Below are positions 12,346 to 25,494 of a stretch of 52,539 nucleotides of DNA, piece by piece. The stretch is from Octopus bimaculoides (taxonomy: Eukaryota). How positions within the stretch are numbered: the stretch's first letter is position 1; every line of letters starts with the position of its first letter. Below the pieces are notes generated by a model. It was given only the letters and a program-made list of their open reading frames with translations. It had not been told where the DNA came from and searched no databases. Made by a program: the position numbers and the translations under genes. Location: assembly GCF_001194135.2 (NCBI RefSeq), contig NC_068986.1, forward strand, positions 111,260,279 to 111,312,817. Reading direction: 5' to 3'.

Positions 12346-12551
12346 TACAGGTCTTCATAAATTATCTTTACAACCGCCACAATCTATTGTATTGTATCAT
12401 CTACACGCGTACAACCTAGCAGAGCCCATGAACTAGTTTTCTGTTTTCTTTCTTTCATGAAGACGTTTCCAATAAATACAGTTGAGTTGCGCTTATCTTC
12501 AAAACCTTTTATGAAGTTTTAAATTGTACAGCATATTTATGGACACCCTGT
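12346..12551. mobile_element. Tc1/mariner-derived MITE (about 205 bp)
   Basis: Imperfect TIRs: TACAGGTCTTCATAAATTATCTTTACAA versus the reverse complement of the right end, ACAGGGTGTCCATAAATATGCTGTACAA. Confidence 0.6.
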
Positions 12552-14459
12552 GCTTCTTACTTTTCCATAATATTACACGATTAAGATGGCAATATATAGA
12601 ATATTACTGAAAATTCATGCAAGTTAGTTAAAGATTTAATGCTATTAAATAATGAAACAAGTTAAAGTAATCAATATTAATAATAAATGTAAAGGCCTCC
12701 TTTCATCGGAAAAATGCTGTCACATTTAGGATGAGAGACCATTTTACATTTCTTTATTAGTTATCTCCTCCTTTCTGAAGGATTCACTTGTCTATGTATT
12801 GTATTTTCTGTCATGTAGTAATTCACGGTAAGAAGATAACACGTCCAGTAATCGTTTCTGGATCGTTGTTGCACTCACAGTTTGGTTAATTCTCTGAAAA
12901 CATGTTCACTGTGACGCCTTTACTGTTGAAGGTAGTATTAAAAATTCATTGTTATTCGTTCTGTAGCAGGTTTTCCAGTATCATTCTAAAATCAAAGCAT
13001 TTCTCTGTTAATAAGCAATTCAACAGAAAGTCTTTAATAATGATACACTCCTAACCACTCAAAATCCAACGCATATATATATTTTTCAGACTTCAGATTC
13101 TTTGATGATTCTCATCAAAGTAATTCCAATCAAAGTGTCTTTATGCAGGTCTTGATGACAGTGTTCCAGGCAGTTTTGATATTATCAATGAATTTGTGAT
13201 GCGGCCGGTTTTCCAAGACTCATTTACGATTGTTTATCGTGGCCATCTATTTCCTCAATGTGATTTTGTCCGTGAATTGAAGGTAGTAAGCATCCCTATT
13301 AGACTGTAACTCCTCATCCATAAGTTGTATTCAAAAGTGGTGTCTGATGATGCATAAACCGCTTTGGCAACAAAGCACTTCGTAACAGACATGTAGCCTA
13401 AAGTATTATCATTTGCAATCTATGCTTTAAGTTCATGCTTTCCAACACCTTTCTATTTCTATCAAAATTATTTCAAAAATGCACAAAGTAACCATATTTA
13501 TTGGCATTTAGAACTCTTTGCTTCAATTCTAAATCAAAGCACAATTTTTCATTCTTTCAGTTCCTTGTTACAATAATTTACTTATGTTACGATTTCCAAA
13601 CTTCCACTTTTGCGTTAGTTATAGAACTTTAGCCTCTTGGGCCGACTTCGTCCTGGGCAGAGTTATTTTGAATAGGATTTGGGCTGAACTTGCGGTTTAG
13701 AGCAATCTTGTTGTCTTTAAATTTAGCTTTCAGCATATATTTCAGTGTCTTAAGATGGAACGCATTCTATTATGATTCAGGTGGAAAACATTTGAATAAT
13801 AAGCAGGATAATTATAACATGGAATCCTACAGAATACATGTTCCACATTCCTTATGAATCAGTTTATATCCGCTTTATCATCCTCTTCATTCGGACTTCG
13901 CAAGTACATTTATGGACTTACACTTTTTATATATTTATATTTATGAATTTTTGTTCATAAATCTGTATATGTGTATGAATTTTTATATATTTTATAAGTT
14001 TTCGTGTATATATATATATATGTATTTATAAATTCTTAGAACTTTTCTATATATCATATAGATGAATGCATCTATGTATGTACTTTGTGGAGAAATTCGT
14101 TAATATGGGTTGAATTAATATTCTGCCCTCCATTTGCAAGCTCAGGCTAGAAGATTCCTTTGAGCAGCCTACAGTCTGTCATTCTGACAACATGTTCAGT
14201 TCAACGTATCTGGATTGCTTCACATAAACAAATAAGAAGGTAACATTGGCGTACATAATGATCTCCGGCGTACTTAAAGATAGGGCCACTGTTAGAAGGA
14301 AATCCTTAGAGGATAAATGAAATATAATGAATGTGCAATACAAAAGTGTTTTAACAACTCCGTTGGAACACATGCTGATAACTATGCTAGATGAGTTCCT
14401 TGGCAACACAACTCTACACAAAGAAATAGCAACTATTGATTATACTGAAACAGAGGAAA

Positions 14460-15475
14460 TTAGTATAGTGTCATCCATGCTTTCCCAGCAATCCTCCACA
14501 TGAAATTCAGAGACTATATTTGATACTGTTCTAATGATTCTTTGTAACTGGGAGATTTTCCAGAAAGTGAAATGTAAGCAGAATATGTCTTAATCATAAA
14601 TGAGTTAGCAGAGCGAGCGCTAAAATTCATAGGTCTCTGTAAAAAATCCAACACGTCAGGAAAATCATGGAACACTCTGTCAAGAGGAATCTGATCTCAG
14701 TTCTGGAAGATAATGATTTGAACTTGCTTCCTGACATCCAACATGGCTTCTATTCAGGAAGAAGCAGTCTTACAAAATATTTGCAGCATTATCAGTGAGT
14801 GTTGAAATCACTAATGAACCACTCAAATTGCCTTTTATAAAAGCTTTTGGTAAGGCTTATCAGGAAGGACATGTCACAAGCTACGGAGACTTAGCATTAT
14901 AGCAAAGCTGGGTGAGTAGTTACATAACTTCTTAAAAGACATACGCCAGTCCGTGGCAGCAAATGGAGCCCTCCTCGAGGAGACTGTACTAGCAAGGGGA
15001 GTGCCTGAGGGAACTCTCCTGGCACTGCTGTTGTTCATGGCAGCACTTTCGGACATGCCGTTCGTTACACAGACAGCCACAATTACTAGCTATGCTAACG
15101 ACACAAAACTAGTACTAGCATTCAAGGTACTTTCCGATGCCAATTTTCTACAGAAAAACTTCGATGCCCTATAGAAATAGGCGGAAGAAAACAACATGCA
15201 ATTTAATGCAGAGAAATTCCACGCAATCCGCCATCTACTACCTTGTGATAACATGCTGCTGTAAAGATTATGGCCCCAAAATAGTAGCAATCCCAGAGTC
15301 AAGTACAGTGCGTGGTCAGGGTATTGATAAGAACAACAACACCTCGCTTCAGGTGCATATGACCAAGTGGGCGGCAATGTGCAGGTGAATCATCGAATTG
15401 GTTGTGAGAAATTCCAGAGCCAAGAACCGGGGGACTATGCTAACGCAATGCAGGACATTCGTCAGCCATCTGGAC
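14460..15475 (+). mobile_element. CR1-like LINE reverse transcriptase fragment (pseudogenised)
   Basis: Motifs LPDIQHGF..GRS, KAFGK, RGVPEGTLLALLLF, SYANDTK (YADD), *AEENNMQFNAEKF (a stop replaces the expected Trp). Confidence 0.85.
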
Positions 15476-16273
15476 TGATGAGAAATCAGCTAAAAATAGT
15501 TTCTGTAAGCAAAAGAAAGTATTTTTTCAGGTGAAGTCCAATGCCAAGACGATTTTTTCTTCCCCTATTCGTTACTTGTATGGAGTCCTTTAACTTTGCG
15601 CCCCCCTCCTCTCAATCAACTCTTTCTGTCGTTAAATGTTATATCGAAGATCCTTCCATTTCTTTTTCTTTCCCTCTCTCTGCGTTTTAAAATTTTCCTC
15701 TCGTCTATATGTATACACCAACAGATTTTTGCATGCAAGCATGATTGCGTAAATATGTATACATGTGTATATGTGTATTTGTGTGTATATTTACGTCTTA
15801 CATATATATGTCTGTATATGTATGTAGTCTGTATGCATCCATCTGTGTATTTTGATGTACATATGTATATTGATGATTTAGTATGCGTATATACGATAGT
15901 AAAATATTTATGTATTGCAGCGTGGAAATTTTAATTTTAATTTTAATTTTCAATGTATTAATTGAATTATATTTCTTATATAATTATTTGCCATATGTAT
16001 TTTGAATCAGCTCTTCGATTTAAAGTTTACCTCGATTTTTATAATAGGACGAATAATTATTGAATTGATTTATTTTGCTTATTTGTTCATTGCATGCTTA
16101 AAAGACCGTTAAATGAAAAGACCAATGAAACGAATCTTTTAAAGGTGTAGCCTTTAACTAGTTTTGAACATATCGTTATTTCTGTTCTATTTTAACAAAA
16201 CTGTCCGACTAACGGGAACGTGAAACTCTGAGTAACAGCTTTTGGTATATTTCTGCTGCTTTTAAATCTATAT

Positions 16274-16594
16274 NNNNNNNNNNNNNNNNNNNNNNNNNNN
16301 NNNNNNNNNNNNNNNNNNNNNNNNNNNNNNNNNNNNNNNNNNNNNNNNNNNNNNNNNNNNNNNNNNNNNNNNNNNNNNNNNNNNNNNNNNNNNNNNNNNN
16401 NNNNNNNNNNNNNNNNNNNNNNNNNNNNNNNNNNNNNNNNNNNNNNNNNNNNNNNNNNNNNNNNNNNNNNNNNNNNNNNNNNNNNNNNNNNNNNNNNNNN
16501 NNNNNNNNNNNNNNNNNNNNNNNNNNNNNNNNNNNNNNNNNNNNNNNNNNNNNNNNNNNNNNNNNNNNNNNNNNNNNNNNNNNNNNNNNNNNNN
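16274..16594. other. Assembly gap (N)
   Basis: N run. Confidence 1.
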
Positions 16595-17325
16595 GAAGGA
16601 TGATATCCCGATGTAATACTAATTAATCTATAACACAATAAAGATCTAATTTTCTGTTTTGAAGGCTACATTCTCAATATTGTCTTCCGTGTGTAGATAA
16701 CGAAGTCGTTGCTTACATTCATCCCTCCCCCAACTCTAACGCATGCCAGTTTCTGGTTTTCCCAGTCGTTGTGATGTCCTTTTACATTCTGTTTAAAAAA
16801 TTAGCAGCGGAATCATTGTAAATATTTGCTGTATATTGATGATATGAATATTTTTAAATATCGTATTCGTCCTTTATTGTTGAAGTCTATTAAGTCATCT
16901 GAGGAGAAAGGTTTCTCTGTAATGAGGCAATGCTTTCCTTGATTAATAAAAAGGATTAATAAACCGCTGTAATGAATTGACACATACATCTTTGTTACTC
17001 ATTTATATTTTACACATCTACTCTGGAATCTGCACTTAGGAAGTATTTGGAAAGTATCTTTATATAAAGTAGAAGTCTGAACAAACAAGAGCGGAATTAT
17101 ACACTAAGTTGAATCGTGGCATCTGCATACACCGCACGGATATCGGGTGGAAAAAATTCTAAGTAGTTTTGATAATCACCAAATATTGTCTGAGTGAGCA
17201 AAAAATTCGTCCTCACAAGGTGTTTCAATTTATGTGCCAAATTCAACTGAATGTAGTGTGTATGTATATATATAAATATATAAATATGTGTATATATATA
17301 TATAGATATCTGTCTCTCTCTCTCT

Positions 17326-17367
<42 letters not shown>

Positions 17368-18232
17368 TCATACATATACACACACACACGCACAACCACA
17401 CACGCGCGCACACACACCTTTAGGAAAGATTTCTGAAGCGCTGTTATTTTAATATATATTCCCGTGTATATAAAATTTTTATCTCCAGAACATAAACTGA
17501 TTCAGTATGAAATAATTGTGTTATTCGAAAAAGTAAAAAAAAATAAACATAATAAATTCAGTCAGTGTTTTGTAAACAACTGTTCGGATGTATAAAGCGC
17601 TACTACAATGGAGAATTCTTAGAATAGTATATTGTTGGAATCCAATGAAAGAACTCACAGTCATAAATATGATAGTTGCGTTCTTATTAACGATGCAGTT
17701 CTCTGTCTTCAGTTAAACTAATCACATATCACTTGACCAATCTCTCAGAAGGAACAATTAAAATACATCTCTCAATAAGAGAATTTCAATATATATTGCC
17801 ATTTAAATTTAAGATAATATTTGACGTCAAGGAATCCTTATGAATGCTTCGCAGCGGATAATTGTCAGGTTGCGTCAGAGAGTTATAGAAGCAAAGAAAA
17901 AGCAAGCGCTAGGCTGTCTACATGATCTAGCAATTTAGATATACACTTTTAACGTTAGAACTGGAATTTAGCGCAAGAGTTTCATGCATTTTCTCTTATT
18001 TATACATGACCTCAATTAAAAGAAAAAAAAAACAGCAGCACGTATCCTATGGCATTAAAACATTGCAGGAGGGGCATGTCCGGTAGGTTAAACAAATTTG
18101 TTTTTATGTTACAATATTGTTTCTAGTTTTGACCCTAATTCTCGACAACGGAGATAAAAGTTGTCGCACTGGCCAAGGATTTCGTGGCACCGTGTTCTAT
18201 CGAGTTAGATCTCTAGTTGTATGAGATGTGGT

Positions 18233-18410
18233 AATCATCATCATCATCATCATCGTCATCATCATTGAATGTCCGTTCTCCATGCTGGTATTGTTTGAAA
18301 GGTCTGAGCAGTGACGGCAAGCTGGAGAGCTACTCGGGCTTCATGTTTCTGTTTTGGCATGGTTGCTATGGCTGGATGCCCTTCCTAGAGGAAGCCCCTT
18401 TACAAATAGT
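18233..18410 (-). mobile_element. SINE 3' part with (GAT)n tail and GGAAGGGCATCCAGCC core
   Basis: (CAT)n on the plus strand, then TGTCCGTTCTCCATGCTGG...GGCTGGATGCCCTTCC, a motif I recall from cephalopod SINEs. Confidence 0.7.
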
Positions 18411-18524
18411 ATTGGGTGCTTTTATGGGTGTTTTATGCGTAGAATTATCCCTGAACATGCACAGATACCCTTACCTGGCACCGAAAGGTGCGTTTTTTCT
18501 TGACACCAGCAGGTGTCAAGAATG

Positions 18525-18660
18525 ATGAAAACCTTTTCAAAATTTGCGTACACCTCTGACCATGTACCGCTAAGATTTTGGCAAAATTTTATGCAGATTC
18601 TCTGCTCAATTTTCCCTGTCATGATGAATGCGACGATCACACGCTACACACCTTCTATCC
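18525..18660 (-). mobile_element. mariner transposase N-terminal fragment
   Basis: MTGKIEQRICIKFCQNL...EVY..FEKVF matches the mariner EQR..IKFC start. Confidence 0.7.
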
Positions 18661-18910
18661 AAGCACTGCTAGAAACAGAGAAAGTGCGCTAGAGCTTTGA
18701 AACCTACTGGTAAGGCACAGCAGAGTTCTAGTTCTGTTTGTATCTCAAGCAGCTTCAATCTGTGTGCTTTAGCCTCGTTACTATGGCAACCGTTGTGATA
18801 TTTATTAATCAGACCATGTATGTATGTGTGTGTGTGTGTGTGTGTGTGCGTGTGTGTGTGTATGTGTGTGTATGTGTGTGTGTGTGTGTGTGTGTAAGTG
18901 CGTGTGTGTA

Positions 18911-20442
18911 TAGATGTGGTTAATGATTTTGGCAAAGGCGTTATTTTGCCCCCAAATTGTATAAATTTGCCAAAGGCAAAAGGTTGATTTCTTCGAGCAC
19001 GTACGAGCATATTAACGTGGAATAATGACCCATTTGAACACGACATTAAGTTGTGATATAGAGTTAATCATCTTCTTCTCAGTACCCTAAGCCTAACCCC
19101 TATTCTTCGAGACGTCCATGATTTTTTTTATGTTGAAAACTAATGATTGAGTCAGATATATGTTTACAGACCTTCATTCTTGCTGTACGAGAGCTTTCAA
19201 ATCTTCAACATTTGTTGTCTTTTCTCTGTTAACTCAAATTTTAAGGATGGGCCTCAAATTTTCAATTTTCTGGAGAATTTCCCGGCCAAGGCTCCAAAAT
19301 TTCAATACCTTTATCCTCAAGATACACTTTAATCTTTTTAGCATTGCGGCAAAGTACCCGATCTTGTTGCAAAAGGCGAGTTTTTTCACCAAACGGCCTC
19401 TTAGTGGTTGGAAGGAGATGTTTTCAAGGATATTTTGGTCCCATGTGGAATTCATAGAAAGGATTTTCGGCACAAATGACAGTAGTCCAACGCACTTAGA
19501 TGAAAAGCAATCCCACATCGAATAGTTTCTGGATACGTGACCGTAGGCACGATGAATGACTCATCATAGCATTCGCATTATCGCTTTCTGACGAGCGTTT
19601 TCCAAATGTCCCAAATAACTGAAATGATGCTACATGAGAACAATATCACTTTGTCCCATTGTTCACTAGATCAATTTTTATATTTTCTGCAAAAGGCACG
19701 TTTTTCTTGGATAAAAATGTTTCTTTTTAGCACTTTGTGAAGCAAGACCATTATCAAAAAGTTGTCATCGACCAGACCGAGCTGAAACGATGACAGTCAC
19801 TGATTCCCACTCTTTAGCAAATTATCTGCTGCCGGCACTTCGATTCCTCAAGGAATTTCTCACGAAAGCTCTGTCTTGGTTGTCAGAGGACAGACATTGA
19901 CGACCAGTGGCCTCCTTCACCCTCATGGATACTGTGTCTTTCAAAGTTTTTATGATCCTATACATATTTCTGTCAGGTGCAATGCCTTTAGCAACAATAT
20001 CCTGTTTTGTTAGGCCATTTTGGTAGAAAGAAATGATTGACTGACGTTTTGCATGTGCCAAAACTATCCCAGCAATAAAAGAAAAGAAAATTTGAAGTTT
20101 CTTTGAGGAAAAAGAGCATTCATTAATTAAAAATCAATCGTAACTGTCTCATGGCATCATGCATAACATTACTTACTGTTCTGGTTATCAATTAGTAGTT
20201 TGCATGCGATTCCAACTTGAAATCACGAAAAGGAATGTGATTTCCACTTGCAGGAGATATTACCAATTCCACAAACTGTTGATTATTTGCAATATCTATT
20301 GGTTTTCAACAGTTTTTCTTTCAAATCTTATTGGGTAACAGATAACCTGTTAAAATAATATTAAATCATTAACATTCACATGATATTTCACACGAAATGG
20401 CAAAAACAATGGTGCTTGCCAAAATCATTAGCTACGACAGTA
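18911..20442 (-). mobile_element. Full-length decayed Tc1-family transposon (about 1.53 kb)
   Basis: TIR core TAATGATTTTGGCA (18921-18934) and its reverse complement (20417-20430); the right end abuts TA. HTH N-terminus MAHAKRQSIISFY..GL, then W..VI.F and MWDCFS..VG.L...MN...ILE...W.....IENL..ILK of the DDE domain. Confidence 0.88.
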
Positions 20443-20788
20443 TATGATTATCTTATCAACTTCATTAGCTCATAGCTGTTTCTGCGGTAAGATGCAGTGA
20501 ATTCATAGTTGAATACCTGTACAATATCTTAAAGCATCGGAGCCTTGAATATGAAGTGCAAATTATTTTGGAAAGAAATGCCATTTGTGTCTATATAGGA
20601 AACGAGATCAGCAATGAGGAAAGTCAATGGAGATGTATAAATGAGAAGTGTAAGTCCAAAGTATAATTAGATGTATAAGTGTAAAGATATGCATATTTAC
20701 GTACGTACGCATTGCGCAATGTCATCACGAATATATATTGTGTGTATATTACACTCGCTCTTTACTATCTATCTATCTATCTATCTAC

Positions 20789-20820
<32 letters not shown>

Positions 20821-20904
20821 ATGTCTGTCTGTCTTTTGCTTAATCTCACTCTCTTTCTCTCTCTCTCTCTCCACACACACACTCACACATATATATTCGT
20901 TAAT

Positions 20905-21000
20905 TCTTTTATTCTTTTATTTGTTTCATTCATTTGACTGCAGTCATGCTGCGGCACCGTCTTTAGTGGAACAAATCGACTCCAAGACTTATTATATATT
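20905..21000 (-). mobile_element. SINE 3' end
   Basis: Reverse complement ...GGTGCCGCAGCATGACTGCAGTCAAATGAATGAAACAAATAAAAGAATAAAA matches the 4650-4705 tail. Confidence 0.85.
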
Positions 21001-21002
21001 AT

Positions 21003-21034
<32 letters not shown>

Positions 21035-21517
21035 NNNNNNNNNNNNNNNNNNNNNNNNNNNNNNNNNNNNNNNNNNNNNNNNNNNNNNNNNNNNNNNNNN
21101 NNNNNNNNNNNNNNNNNNNNNNNNNNNNNNNNNNNNNNNNNNNNNNNNNNNNNNNNNNNNNNNNNNNNNNNNNNNNNNNNNNNNNNNNNNNNNNNNNNNN
21201 NNNNNNNNNNNNNNNNNNNNNNNNNNNNNNNNNNNNNNNNNNNNNNNNNNNNNNNNNNNNNNNNNNNNNNNNNNNNNNNNNNNNNNNNNNNNNNNNNNNN
21301 NNNNNNNNNNNNNNNNNNNNNNNNNNNNNNNNNNNNNNNNNNNNNNNNNNNNNNNNNNNNNNNNNNNNNNNNNNNNNNNNNNNNNNNNNNNNNNNNNNNN
21401 NNNNNNNNNNNNNNNNNNNNNNNNNNNNNNNNNNNNNNNNNNNNNNNNNNNNNNNNNNNNNNNNNNNNNNNNNNNNNNNNNNNNNNNNNNNNNNNNNNNN
21501 NNNNNNNNNNNNNNNNC
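21035..21517. other. Assembly gap (N)
   Basis: N run after (TA)n. Confidence 1.
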
Positions 21518-21902
21518 ATAATGATGATGATGATAATAATAATAATAATAATAATTAATTCGTTTTATTGGCCACAATAATATGGATAAACTCATTACTG
21601 ATTATTTATCAGGTGTTCAGCGCAGAAATAAAACCTCATAGGTAAATTTTACAAATATTTTATAATTATATACATAATAGTAACAAGGGCTTGGTTTGTG
21701 CCTCACCACGCACTGAAAAATTAGTGTCAAAATACAATATTACCACAATAAATTGTCCGAAAATAAACACAGAATGAACACTGTATCTGTCAATATACTG
21801 TGTCTCTTATGATATTTCCTAAATCTTCCACCTTCTTCTACCACAAAACCTTTTTAAGTTATCTCTCCAGATGGTTTATAGAATATAGAGCTAGCAATGA
21901 TG

Positions 21903-22775
21903 TAAGGTGGTATCAAAATACTTGCGGATTAGCTATGTCTAATAAAAAAAAATAATAATAACTTATTTACATAAGCTGTAACAACATCTCCTTCGAAATA
22001 GTCCCCATCTGCAGTAATACACCGGTTCCAGTATTCCCGCAACTCTTCGAATGCGACCTGGAAGTCGTTTTCCGTAAGCAAGTCGAGGTTCTTCTGCGAT
22101 TTGATTTTGATGTGGACATCGATGATAAAGCGGTGACCTCTGAGCCATATTTTCATCTTGGGGAAGACATGGAATTGCGCATGTGCTAAGTCTGGCGAAT
22201 AGAGGAGGTGCGGAAGCGATACCATGTTTTTTTTGGGGGGGGGGCGAGACACTTACGAGTGAGGAGAGATGCGTGACGGTGCATTGTCATCGTGCAGAAT
22301 CAAATACTGCACGCTTCACAGGATCGGTTGCTTCGAAAACATCAGCCATTGTCCTCCAACGATTCCCAGGCAGAAACTGATGAATTTTCTCCACATTTCC
22401 GGGCGTGAAGCTCGGGCCAGGTCTTCCAGAGATGTTCTTCCGCTTTTGAAGCGCCCGAGTCACTTGATCCATTGCCTCGTAACTATAAGCTTGGCGAAGC
22501 ATGTTCAATATCTCTGTAACAGACCTCCGGAGTTTAAAGATAAAAATTTCACGTTGGCTCTTCTTTCCAACTTCCTGTCCATGACAATTACTGCAGACTA
22601 CATGACTACAGCATGCACGTGATCACAACTCCACAGTTTGCGAAGTAAACACACCGATATTACTCGGATCACTGACCCATGAATGTCCCTTCTAATACTC
22701 ATTGCGCACCAAACCGTGTGCTGTCATTTGTTGGTACGCTACAGAACCAGTCCGGGAACGTTTGATACACCCATG
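21903..22775 (-). mobile_element. Internally deleted mariner (DD34D-type) element
   Basis: Start MDRKLERRANVKF (ATG at 22582), LRQAY, GRP; C-terminus YSPDLA..F..FPKMK..LRG.RF...W..CI...GDYFEG. Imperfect TIRs GGTGGTATCAAAATACTTGCGGATT versus reverse complement GGGTGTATCAAACGTTCCCGGACT. Confidence 0.88.
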
Positions 22776-24618
22776 TGGACAATGTGATCGAAGGTAGAAA
22801 AAATTGTACTGGGTATATATGCATATTTCAAGAGTTATTACTCTTTCTTTAGCACCATAACCACACCATTACCAATCCACGACATATTACTTAAATAACA
22901 ACTAAATTTGTTGGTCTATTGACTAATACACCTTTTATACAACCGTAACATGCTTAGCAGTATGTAGCGATTGTATAATGAAACACAGTGTCCTTACTAG
23001 CCAACCATTTTATCTTATCTTAAATAACTGACTTTATAAGCACTACACATTAACTACTAACCACTCGGTATCATTATTTTGCTCAAGAATTGAATTCACT
23101 CCATTGAACCAATTCGTATGACTTTCCTATGAAGTAAATAGACACAGAACATCTGTGGTTTCCTTTCTCATTTGCCAATTTCAGTCAGCCACATTTGCAG
23201 CATGAGATAAAATATAAGTAGAATTTTTGATAAAGCTCAATATGGCTCTGCAGTCTTATTCTCTGATAAAGATTTGCCAATCTGTTTCTTACAACAATTT
23301 TCTAACCATAATTAATTCATAAATTTTTTTTGTATTCAAATAAGATTGTCAGGCAATAGTATATTTTGTCTTTCAGAGTGGACAATCTTTGCGTCCTCGT
23401 TGATTGAACATATATTCTTCACCTGAAATAGCGTCTTCTGCTAAAGAATTCTGGCACTGCTTACATACGTTTGAACAGTTTCTTAACATTATTCCTGACT
23501 GTAACAGATTGAACACACCCTCAAATTCGATAACTTACGCAATGTTTGGAATCATGGCAAAATTTAACAGCTAAGATACTATGAATTGTTTATGGGATAT
23601 TTATATTAAACTAATCAATGGGGATTTTCGTTAAATAACGACTTATGACTTGTAACATTCCCGCTTGAGTAACTACTAAAAGCATTAAATCAGCAAGTTA
23701 AAAAAAAACAAAAAAAAAAACATAATTTCAAAACAGTGCCATCGATATAGTATATTAAAAAAAAATCCAATAATGGATGTTTTTTAGTTCAGTAATCACG
23801 ACAGCTATAACGATTGAGTAATTCAAAAATAAAACAATGAACTTCAAAATACTGTATGAAAAAGCAGAACATTAAACCCACTACAAAGTAATAGTAACAC
23901 TTAAGACAATTGCATATCGGTAGGTACTTTGACTGTTCCACACGATGACATCAAATGAAAACCACTTGAGCGACTATTTCTCCGAAATCTCTCATCCTCC
24001 GCCTCTCTCTCCCTTTCTGCCTCTCTCACTCTCCTAAACTCTCTCCGTTATTTTCTCCTACTATCTCCCTCTCCGTGTATTTGTATGTAGAAAACAATCG
24101 ACAAGTCAGGGAGTTTTTTTCAGCAACAGGGTCCATATTTTGGATATGTGACAAGAAAGAGCATTTTTTCGGGCATGCCAAGCATGTATTAAAGCACTTC
24201 CATTGCGTTAATTGCTTCAACTTCATTGGCACAACCTTTGTCTCGTGCACTAATTACTAATGCTATTAATGATTGCCCACTGAAAGCTTTGTCATTAAAA
24301 ACAATATTAATTTTATCCGATCTGATAATGCAACGAGGAATGGTTCAATCATTATACAGCACTAACTGATGTTTATGCATATTCAGAGCTAAGATGTAAT
24401 AGTTGACCAGAGATTCATGTTTCAACATTCTTCAGTTGCATTTAAATTTAATGGCACTGACTAAAGCCACTGAAGTGCTGGCAAATTTTACTTCCTTGAA
24501 TATTCACACTGTACCAAACACCAAGCGAACTTCAAACGTTAATGCTGCTATTACACCAAGTCGACAGTATTGTGTGGTCGGCTGAAAATTCATTAGAGGA
24601 GAGGTAAACTACTTAATC

Positions 24619-24619
<1 letters not shown>

Positions 24620-24678
<59 letters not shown>
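24620..24678. repeat. (AAT)n microsatellite
   Basis: Pure trinucleotide run. Confidence 0.97.
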
Positions 24679-24679
<1 letters not shown>

Positions 24680-25494
24680 GCCTTTAAGATCAGAGTAATT
24701 CCCGAAATTCATGTTTTAATAGCTAGTAATAAGAGGCACAAAAAATACCTTGGCAAACGTGTTTTAAGATCTGTTAACATTTACATAAATTTCTACAAAT
24801 TGTCGGGTTTATTGATCTTATGTGTAATCATTCGTATTGGTATAATTTCAATATACAACACATCCATTATCAATAAGTATTATCACTAGGACACTGTTTA
24901 ATTCTTCTAAGAGCCAAGCATTCATTCGGGAGGTCACGACCTATTTAAATTGCCTAAATTTTGTCACAGCTAAATTCATTTCTTTTATTCATAGTTTTAT
25001 TTACGCTATTATTGAAATTATTGGGTTATTTTCTACTGTATGCAGGAAACTTGGAACTGGGTGGGGGCTAGTTGATGACATTAACCTAGTGCGCAGCTTG
25101 TACTTATTGTACCGATTCTGAAAAAAGCCAATCTCGGCATTTTCAGTCAGACGTAACGCCGGACGAAATTTCCCTAAGTATTTTGCTCGGCGCAGCAACT
25201 ATTGTCAGCTGGCCGCCAACAAGTTTTGCCATTATAGTAACTCTTGCCAAAAATCAAAGAATTTGTAAATTGTTATTCCGATAATCTCTATTAATATGGA
25301 TATGTTTCCAGCTACTAATTTGCCATGTGATACCAACTTTTTCCAACTAAATTTCATGACACAAATTCTCCCCCTTTTGAGGGGAGTCGATAACGATAGT
25401 TTCTAAGGTTCTGTTTTTGTTTTTTTTTATCAAAGCGGTGGGAAATTTTATTTCACTGATTTGTATATACGGGGGTTCACATGAGCAATGATGT

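Noticed and set aside
12780-13500. Possible decayed hAT transposase; likewise a possible RT remnant at 26680-27260
   Set aside because: No diagnostic motif could be read with confidence.
16660-17010. Protein-like minus frames (EKPFSSDDLIDF; NVKGHHNDWENQKL)
   Set aside because: Interrupted by stops and frameshifts, with no recognisable family.
22800-23560. Possible Merlin/ISXO2-like transposase remnant on the minus strand (CKQC...CPL*KTKYTI)
   Set aside because: Only a vague cysteine spacing; no DDE motif or TIR could be supported by eye.
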